From: an uncultured Verrucomicrobiota bacterium
Lineage (GTDB): Bacteria > Verrucomicrobiota > Verrucomicrobiia > Limisphaerales > SXTU01
Length of the DNA stretch: 35,308 nt
Direction: 5' to 3'
Assembly (NCBI GenBank): GCA_903863315.1
Contig: CAIPBN010000374.1
Span: 1 to 35,308, forward strand
A program made the translations under genes and the position numbers. The notes under the pieces were generated by a model. The model was not told the DNA's origin and did not search any database. It was given only the letters and a program-made list of their open reading frames with translations. Positions 28,924 through 35,308 of this stretch are shown piece after piece (positions within the stretch are counted from its first letter, which is position 1; each line of letters begins with the position of its first letter).

Positions 28924-29517
28924 ATGAAGCTGCTAGTTGCCGACGACGATCCAATTATCCGACAGGTGATGATGAACCTGCTCTCGAAATGGGGATACGG
29001 CGTGGTTCCCACGACAAACGGGGCGGAGGCTTGGGAGGTGCTCCAGCACGACACCAGCCTGCGGGTCGGCCTATTCGATTGGTTCATGCCGGAAGTCAAC
29101 GGCATGGAGCTGACCCGCCGCATCCGGGAGGCAAACATCGCGCCGTTTTACGTCATCCTCATCACGGCCCGCGGTGGAAAGGACAGCCTGCTGGAAGCGC
29201 TCGACGCCGGGGCCAATGACTTCATCAGCAAGCCCTTCGACAAGGAGGTGTTGCAGGCCCGGATCAAGGTGGCGACACAGGCCGTGGAATTGCAGTCCTA
29301 CTTGATTCAACGTCTCTCCGACGCCGAGGCCCAGCTCCAGAGCATTGCGCAGTTCAAGCACTTCATCCCCGTGTGCAGCATTTGTGGCCAGGCGCGCGAT
29401 TTGCACGATCAATGGCACAAGATCGCGCTGCCCTTCTCGACGCAGACCGGGGAGACGGAGTTTCACACCTGCTGCCCGGATTGCCGCGCCAAGATGGACC
29501 GGGTGCGCTCGTCGTAG
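28924..29517 (+). CDS. Response regulator: receiver domain, helical linker, and a C-terminal Cys/His-rich (putative zinc-binding) domain
   Basis: MKLLVADDDP, phospho-acceptor LFDWFMPEVNGMEL, FISKPF, then IPVCSICGQARDLHDQWHKIALPFSTQTGETEFHTCCPDCRAKM (nt ~29365..29496). The ATG at 28924 gives a normal receiver N-terminus. Confidence 0.85.
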   Translation: MKLLVADDDPIIRQVMMNLLSKWGYGVVPTTNGAEAWEVLQHDTSLRVGLFDWFMPEVNGMELTRRIREANIAPFYVILITARGGKDSLLEALDAGANDFISKPFDKEVLQARIKVATQAVELQSYLIQRLSDAEAQLQSIAQFKHFIPVCSICGQARDLHDQWHKIALPFSTQTGETEFHTCCPDCRAKMDRVRSS

Positions 29518-29526
29518 GCGCGGGCG

Positions 29527-30378
29527 TCAGAGCACGAACTCCAGCTCCGGCTGGCTGGGGATGAGCCCCTGTTTGGCCGCCTCCCCGAGAAACCGCCGGA
29601 TCGCCTCGCGACCCCGCTCGCCGTAGTCCATGGTCCAGTGGTTCACATACATCCCCACGAACTTGTCCGCGAGCTCCTGTCCCATGCCCCGCGCCCAGCG
29701 CAGGGAGTGCTTCACCGCCTCCGCACGGTGCGCCAGGCTGTATTGAATGCTGGCCGTCAGCAGGTCGGAAATCACCTTGCGCTCGGCGGGCGGGATGCGC
29801 TTGTGGATGACGTTGCCGCCGAGGGGCAGCGGCAGGCCATCGTGCTCCCGTCCCCACCAGGCACCCAGGTCCTCGCAGAGATGAAAGCCTTGCTTTTCAA
29901 AGGTGAGCTGACCCTCGTGAATGATGAGCCCCACGTCGGCCACGCCGTTTTGCACCGCCTCGAAGATCAGATCGAACGGCACCACCACATGCTCGAATTC
30001 ACGCGCCGGCCGGCCCAGGTAAAGCTGCAACGCGAGGAACGCGCTGGTCATGCGGCCCGGCACCGCGATCCGGCGCGTCGCGATGGCGTCGCGCGTCAGC
30101 GGGCGCTTGGCCACCAGCATCGGACCGTAGCCATCGCCCATGCTCGCCCCGCTGGGCAGGAGCGCATACTGGCTGCTGATGTGCGCGTAGGCGTGGATGC
30201 TCACAGCGGAAATGTCCAGCTCGCCCCTGAGCGCGCGCTCGTTGAGCGTCTGGATGTCCTGAAGGATGTGCTCAAACCGGTAGCCAGGGGAGGGAATCAG
30301 ATCCTTCGCGAGGGCATAAAACATGAAGGCGTCATCCGGGTCGGGTGAGTGGCCGAGGGTGAGCGTGCGTTGTTCCAT
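29527..30378 (-). CDS. MqnA/MqnD family protein (periplasmic-binding-protein fold; 1,4-dihydroxy-6-naphthoate synthase-like)
   Basis: LTLGHSPDPDDAFMFYAL...DIQTLNERALRGELDISAVSIHAYA resembles the VitK2-biosynthesis (MqnA/MqnD) family. The ATG at 30378 (MEQRTLTLGHSPD) is preferred over the ORF-track start at 30444. Confidence 0.7.
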   Translation of the reverse strand: MEQRTLTLGHSPDPDDAFMFYALAKDLIPSPGYRFEHILQDIQTLNERALRGELDISAVSIHAYAHISSQYALLPSGASMGDGYGPMLVAKRPLTRDAIATRRIAVPGRMTSAFLALQLYLGRPAREFEHVVVPFDLIFEAVQNGVADVGLIIHEGQLTFEKQGFHLCEDLGAWWGREHDGLPLPLGGNVIHKRIPPAERKVISDLLTASIQYSLAHRAEAVKHSLRWARGMGQELADKFVGMYVNHWTMDYGERGREAIRRFLGEAAKQGLIPSQPELEFVL

Positions 30379-30469
30379 ACGGGGAAAATGTCCGCTGGCA
30401 CCCTCCGGCTTGTCGAGCGGAGAAACTGCCAGAGCGCCGTCCACGATCCGGAGCTGCGGACCTGGCTGG

Positions 30470-32824
30470 CTACTTCACCGGGTGACCGATGAGATCCTCA
30501 ACGCCCTGCAGGAACGTCGCATCCTGGAAGCTGCCCTTGGTGAGGAAAACATCCACCCCGGCCCGCAGCCCGCGCTGGCGGTCCTCCTCGCGTTCCTTGT
30601 AGGTGATCATCATGACCGGCAGCACCCGCAGACGGACATCCTGCTTGATCAGGCGCGTCAGCTCGGACCCGTCCATGCGCGGCATGTCCATGTCCGTGAT
30701 GACGAGGTCAAAGGCCCCGGTGCGCACGGCATTCCAGCCATCCATGCCATCCACTGCTACGCTCACCTCGTAACCCTGCTCCTGCAGCAGCTTGCGTTCG
30801 AGCTCCCGCACCGTGAGCGAATCGTCCACCACCAGCACCCGTTGCCGGCGGCGGGCGAATGCCCCGCCCGCTCCCGCTCCGCTCAATCCGCCCGCGTCTC
30901 CGGTCGAGAGAATCCGTTCGGCGGACAACAGCACATCATCCACATCCAGCAGCAACACCGGCGCGCCCTCCTCCATCAACGCTCCGGCAGCGATGTCGCG
31001 GATCTTGCCCAGCTTCGGATCCAGCGGCAGCACCACCAGCTCGCGCTCGCCCGCGAATCGGTCCACCACCAGGCCCACGCAACGATCCCGCTCGCCCAGG
31101 ACAATGACCGGCAGCTCGCCGTTCAAACCGGCGGGTGCGTCGCGTTCCAGCACCTGATGCGCCGTCACCAGGGAAACCCGCCGGCCCTCGTGCAGGAAAG
31201 TCTGCTGGGCCGGTCCCGTCTCCAAGGTTGTCCGATCCACCTTCAAGGTGCGGCTGACCGCGGCCAGCGGCACCGCGTAGGGCTCGCCCGCCACCTCCAC
31301 CAGCAGCGTGCGGATCACGGACAGCGTCAGCGGCAACTGCATCTGAAACCGGGTGCCGGCCCCGGGCGTGGAAGTCACCCGCACTGCTCCGCGCACGCCC
31401 TTGACCACGTTCATCACGATGTCCAAGCCCACGCCGCGACCGGACATCTCCGTCACCTCCTCTTTCGTGGAAAAGCCCGGCAGGAACAGGAACTCCAGCA
31501 GCTCCGCCTCGCTCAACTGCGTGGCCGTGCCGGCGGCGATGAGCCCTTTGCGCACGATGGAGCGCCGCAGATGATCGTAATCCACGCCGCGTCCGTCGTC
31601 CGCGACGGAGACGAGCAGCTTGCCGTTGCTGTGGCGGGCCTCCAGCGTGAGCCGGCCGGCCCGCGACTTGCCCTTGCTCACCCGGTCGTCGGGAAACTCC
31701 ATCCCGTGGTCCAGTGCATTGCGCAGCAATTGCGTGATGAGCGGTTCCAGCTTTTCCAGGATGTCGCGGTCCACCTGCGTGTCTTCGCCAAGGATTTCCA
31801 ACGTCACTTCCTTGCCCAGCCGTTTGGACAGATCGCGCACCATGCGGGGGAAACCTTGGATGCCATCGGCGAAGGGCCGCATGCGGCAGGCCAGCGTCGC
31901 GCCATACATGCGTCCCGAGAGGTTCGAGGAGCGCCGCCCCAGGTTTTCCAGATCCACCAGTTGATGGCCGAGATACTGGCGCGCGCCCGTGAGGTGGGTC
32001 TGCAAGGCATGCAGCCGGTCGCGCAAGGCGTCGTCCACCATCGGCGTGGGCAGCGCCTCGCGAAGATGATCGAAGGCCTCGCTGACCTCCCCCAGTTGAC
32101 GCTTCAAGCGCAGCAACGCCTCGGAAAAAGGCCGCAGCCGCCGGGCTTCCACCTGGGCTTCCCCCGCCAGCGCGAGCAGGCGGTTCAGGCTGTCCGCCGT
32201 GATGCGCAGTGAGCGCTCCTGTTCCTCGGCGCTTGGGCTGGGGCCGGCTGGCTGCCCCCCGGCGGCCGGGCTGCCGGAGGGGGCTTGGGCCGCTCCGCCC
32301 GGGCCGCCGCCCTGCGCGAACTTCTCCGCCTGGTCATGCACCTCCATCAACGCCGCGACACTGCTGAGGAACTGGCTGACTTCCGGCGCGTGCGTCGTGC
32401 TCCATTCCTCGATCTGCGCCTCCGGCGTGTGGGCGATGCGGTTCAGCAGATCCACGCCCTCCAGCATCATGTCCACCAGCAGCGTGGTGAAGGCGGTCTG
32501 GCCGCGATACTTGGGTGCGAGATCCGCCCGGTCCAGCAGCCCGGCGACGGGCTTTTTGTCCAGCGGCACGGGGCTTTTCTGCACGGCGACAAAGGCGTCC
32601 TCCATCGCGTGCGCTACCCGGACGGCAGCATCAAGGCCAACGATGCGCGCGGCTCCCTTGAGCGAGTGGGCGGCGCGCATGAGTGACTCCAACTGCGCGG
32701 GGCTGGCATCCTTCTCCAGCCCGAGCAGCCCGGAGTTCAGCACGGCCTGCTGGTTTTCGGCCTCGGCCTTGAACAGGTCGAGCATCGAAAAGCTGCTGAG
32801 GTCGTCAGGGAGGTTGTTGCTCAC
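30470..32824 (-). CDS. cheA: CheA-type hybrid histidine kinase (Hpt, dimerisation, HATPase, CheW-like and REC domains), WspE-like
   Basis: 784-aa ORF with a GTG start. Hpt motif AAHSLKGAARIVG, N-box RNALDHG, G1 DDGRGVD and G2 SGRGVGLDIV. A CheW-like segment follows (LLVEVAGEPYAVPL), then a C-terminal receiver domain (VLVVDDSLTVRE...VITDMDMPRMDG...FLTKG). Confidence 0.93.
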   Translation of the reverse strand: MSNNLPDDLSSFSMLDLFKAEAENQQAVLNSGLLGLEKDASPAQLESLMRAAHSLKGAARIVGLDAAVRVAHAMEDAFVAVQKSPVPLDKKPVAGLLDRADLAPKYRGQTAFTTLLVDMMLEGVDLLNRIAHTPEAQIEEWSTTHAPEVSQFLSSVAALMEVHDQAEKFAQGGGPGGAAQAPSGSPAAGGQPAGPSPSAEEQERSLRITADSLNRLLALAGEAQVEARRLRPFSEALLRLKRQLGEVSEAFDHLREALPTPMVDDALRDRLHALQTHLTGARQYLGHQLVDLENLGRRSSNLSGRMYGATLACRMRPFADGIQGFPRMVRDLSKRLGKEVTLEILGEDTQVDRDILEKLEPLITQLLRNALDHGMEFPDDRVSKGKSRAGRLTLEARHSNGKLLVSVADDGRGVDYDHLRRSIVRKGLIAAGTATQLSEAELLEFLFLPGFSTKEEVTEMSGRGVGLDIVMNVVKGVRGAVRVTSTPGAGTRFQMQLPLTLSVIRTLLVEVAGEPYAVPLAAVSRTLKVDRTTLETGPAQQTFLHEGRRVSLVTAHQVLERDAPAGLNGELPVIVLGERDRCVGLVVDRFAGERELVVLPLDPKLGKIRDIAAGALMEEGAPVLLLDVDDVLLSAERILSTGDAGGLSGAGAGGAFARRRQRVLVVDDSLTVRELERKLLQEQGYEVSVAVDGMDGWNAVRTGAFDLVITDMDMPRMDGSELTRLIKQDVRLRVLPVMMITYKEREEDRQRGLRAGVDVFLTKGSFQDATFLQGVEDLIGHPVK

Positions 32825-32843
32825 GGCACAAGTGTCGGCGGGT

Positions 32844-33602
32844 TCATGCCAGGCTCCGGTTCAGGGCGGCGAACAGCTTTTGCTCATCCAGGCAGCAGAC
32901 GGATTGCTCCCGCCACATAACCCGGCCGCGACCCGCCGCGCGGAGGATGCGGTCCTCGGACTCGATCTCGGCGGGTGCTTCCGGCAGGGCGAGGTGCTGC
33001 ACCCCGCGCACCTCGGTGACGGGGAAGGCGTAATGTTCGTTCTGATGGCGCACCACCAGCAGCCGACCGGCAGCGGCCCGGGGCAGCAAGCCGCCGGTGC
33101 CCACGCCCTTGTCAATTCCGAGCAGCCGGCCGACCGAGACGCACGTAAGCAGCTCGCCGCGCACGTTGACCACGCCGAGCAGCACGCCTTCGCGCCGGTG
33201 CGGCAGGGTGTGGATGGGGCGCATCTCGCCGACCTCCTCCATCACGCTGATGTCCAAGGCCAGCCACTCATCACCGATGCGGAACACCAGCATGGGCGTG
33301 CCAAGATCCGTGGCGATCGCGAGCTCTGCCATGCGCTCCGTCCACTCCCGCCGGTAGCCTGCGGGCGGCCGCGAGTCGAGCAGGCGCATGGCTGCGGCGG
33401 CGTAAACCGGGCAGTTGCGGCAGTGCAGGTGAACCTGCAATTCCGGGCAGGAAACGTCTCCCCAGATGCCGATGTGCTGCCAGCAATCGGTCCGCTCGGT
33501 GGGCGGGTCCACCATCAGCGCGGGCGCGGCGGCGGGACTTTCCGCAGGTGCAGCGGGCTCCGGCTTGCGGCGGCGGTTTTTGAACTCAGCCAGCATCGGC
33601 AT
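32844..33602 (-). CDS. CheW-like coupling protein with an N-terminal Cys/His-rich motif (WspD-like)
   Basis: The CheW domain (MLVFRIGDEWLALDISVMEEV...GVVNVRGELL) is preceded by CWQHIGIWGDVSCPELQVHLHCRNCPVY. Start ATG at 33602 or 33596; the ORF-track start at 33650 would overlap cheW by 65 nt. Confidence 0.85.
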   Translation of the reverse strand: MPMLAEFKNRRRKPEPAAPAESPAAAPALMVDPPTERTDCWQHIGIWGDVSCPELQVHLHCRNCPVYAAAAMRLLDSRPPAGYRREWTERMAELAIATDLGTPMLVFRIGDEWLALDISVMEEVGEMRPIHTLPHRREGVLLGVVNVRGELLTCVSVGRLLGIDKGVGTGGLLPRAAAGRLLVVRHQNEHYAFPVTEVRGVQHLALPEAPAEIESEDRILRAAGRGRVMWREQSVCCLDEQKLFAALNRSLA

Positions 33603-34044
33603 TCTGGGAATGAGCAAGATGATACACGGAGAGCAGATCCCGCAGCTCATCGGTGAGCAGCTTGTCGAGTTGCAGCAACCGGAGCCGACCCCGGGGGTCT
33701 TGTGCTACCAGCGCGTCCCCCACCATCGTGAATTCGCCCAACTGCTTCGGCACAAGTTCCGTGGCGTGCTCGACGATGAGGCCCAGCGGCCACATGGACC
33801 CGGGCTGGGACTCATGTTTCAGCAGCAGGATGCGCGTGCTGAGACGGAGGTTGGACGGGCGTCCCAGCGCCAGCAGACACAGGTCCAGCACGGGCACAGA
33901 AGCGCCATGGTAATCAAACTCGCCCGCAGTGCCCACCGGCGCGCCCACGATCTTCCCCAGCTCGACCATGGCGAGCACCTCAAGGACGCGGGCCGCCTCC
34001 AAGGCGTAGCGGTCCGCGCCGAGTTGGAAGGTGAGGAAGAGCAT
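33586..34044 (-). CDS. cheW: CheW coupling protein (WspB-like)
   Basis: 152-aa ORF. MLFLTFQLGADRYALEAARVLEV... is a typical CheW domain. It lies 24 nt downstream of the MCP stop. Confidence 0.9.
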   Translation of the reverse strand: MLFLTFQLGADRYALEAARVLEVLAMVELGKIVGAPVGTAGEFDYHGASVPVLDLCLLALGRPSNLRLSTRILLLKHESQPGSMWPLGLIVEHATELVPKQLGEFTMVGDALVAQDPRGRLRLLQLDKLLTDELRDLLSVYHLAHSQNADAG

Positions 34045-34068
34045 GGGGGCGATCCGCGACAGCGACCT

Positions 34069-35308
34069 TCATCGGCTGCCCGGCAACTTGAAGCGGGCCA
34101 CGCCTTCCCGCAGGCCGTAAGCCGTGTTCTTGAGCTGCTCGATGGCCTGGTTGGACTGTTCGAGTGATTGCGCTGTCTGCTGGACAGCCTGACTCAACTG
34201 GGTGAGCGACTCGCTGATTTGCTGACCACCGGCGGATTGCGACTGCATGCCGGAGTTGACCAGCTCGAAGCGCGGCGCGAGCTGCTGCACCTGCTGGATG
34301 ATCTGGGCGAGCTGCGTGCCGACGGACTGAACTTCCTTCACGCCCGAGCGGATTTCCTCGGCGGTCTGGTTCATGGCCAGCGTGCCGGCGGACACGGCGG
34401 CCTGCATCTCCTTGACCATCTGCTCGATGTCGTAGGTGGCCACCGCGGTCTGATCGGCGAGGCGGCGGATCTCGGTGGCGACAACCGAGAAGCCCCGTCC
34501 GTATTCGCCGGCCTTCTCGGCTTCGATGGCGGCGTTGAGCGAAAGCAGGTTGGTGCGGTCGGCAATCTTGGTGATGGCGGTGACGACCTGGTTGACATTG
34601 GCCGCCTTTTCGTTGAGCACGCTGAGCTTGGCTTGAATCAGACCGGCGGCGGCAGTGAGCTGGGTCATTGTCTCGCGCATGCGGGACAGCCCTTCCTGGC
34701 CCTTGTTGGCCAGCGTGGCGGTGTCCTCGGCCACGGCGGTGGCGTCCTTCATCATCTTCACCAGCTCAATGGAGGTGGCGGAGATCTCCTTGGCGGTCGC
34801 GCCGATTTGCGTGGTGGTGGTGGCGATGTTGGTGGCGGTGGCCTGCTGCTGCTTGCCGGTGACGGAGATCTGGTTGACGGAGGTGTTCACCTGCAGGCCG
34901 GATTTCTGGACCTGGCCCACGATGTCGGTGAGGCTGCGCACCATCCGCTGGAGCGCACGCATGAGGCCGCCCATCTCGTCGGCGCGGTCCTGCGCGGAGA
35001 CGTTCACCGCCAGATCGCCCTCGGCGATCTGGTCCGCGACCTCGACCACCTCGTTGAGCGGCCCCGTGATGTTGCGGCCGATGAAGACCGCCACGAGCGT
35101 CACGAGCAGGAAGCTCACCGCCACGATGGCCAGCGTCTTGCCCACATCCGTGTAGAAGTTGTCGATGCGCGCGCGGAGCAGCTCGCTCAAGGTGAGGGCT
35201 ACCTTGTCTTCGAGGCGCAGAATCGCGGCGGTGCCGCGGGTGATGGTGTCATGGAATTCGCGCAGCGAAACCGTTGCCCGCCGTTCCGTGAGGCTGCGGC
35301 GGATGAGC
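34069..35308 (-). CDS. Methyl-accepting chemotaxis protein, 5'-partial (N-terminal sensor region lies beyond the window)
   Basis: TM helix plus HAMP ([25 protein letters not shown]), and the highly conserved signalling hairpin [35 protein letters not shown]. The ORF-track start at 35190 is a TTG inside an open frame; I translated 35191..35307 and found no stop. Confidence 0.93.
   Translation of the reverse strand, partial: LIRRSLTERRATVSLREFHDTITRGTAAILRLEDKVALTLSELLRARIDNFYTDVGKTLAIVAVSFLLVTLVAVFIGRNITGPLNEVVEVADQIAEGDLAVNVSAQDRADEMGGLMRALQRMVRSLTDIVGQVQKSGLQVNTSVNQISVTGKQQQATATNIATTTTQIGATAKEISATSIELVKMMKDATAVAEDTATLANKGQEGLSRMRETMTQLTAAAGLIQAKLSVLNEKAANVNQVVTAITKIADRTNLLSLNAAIEAEKAGEYGRGFSVVATEIRRLADQTAVATYDIEQMVKEMQAAVSAGTLAMNQTAEEIRSGVKEVQSVGTQLAQIIQQVQQLAPRFELVNSGMQSQSAGGQQISESLTQLSQAVQQTAQSLEQSNQAIEQLKNTAYGLREGVARFKLPGSR

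Overview
This is a 35.3 kb GC-rich chromosomal segment (roughly 60-65% GC by eye, not computed). Gene content suggests the PVC superphylum (Verrucomicrobiota/Planctomycetota-like); the main clue is a large secreted SGNH-like / beta-propeller 'dehydrogenase' / HEAT-repeat protein. Most of the window is housekeeping: typA, an RlmI-like methyltransferase, an FAH-family hydrolase, a LON-N domain protein coupled to an ABC exporter, pgi, acpP-fabF, rplU-rpmA-obg, xth, erpA-hscB, clpP-clpX, an LptF/G-like permease, ribBA-ribH and an SDR epimerase. I found no tRNA, rRNA or CRISPR array, and no intact mobile element, only a possible transposase N-terminal remnant at the left edge. The accessory or signalling content is: (1) at the right end, a tightly packed Wsp-like chemosensory operon (partial MCP, CheW, Cys-rich WspD-like CheW, CheA-REC hybrid) with no CheR, CheB or GGDEF gene in view, followed by an MqnA/MqnD-fold gene and a convergent response regulator carrying an unusual C-terminal Cys/His domain; (2) a stand-alone polytopic membrane protein combining a DUF2135/YfaP-like domain with a C-terminal FHA-like domain; (3) a GAF-GAF histidine kinase packed behind the LptF/G-like gene; (4) an orphan receiver gene upstream of ribBA. 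The many long antisense ORFs look like GC-driven shadow ORFs. All homology statements come from motif recognition by eye, not database searches.
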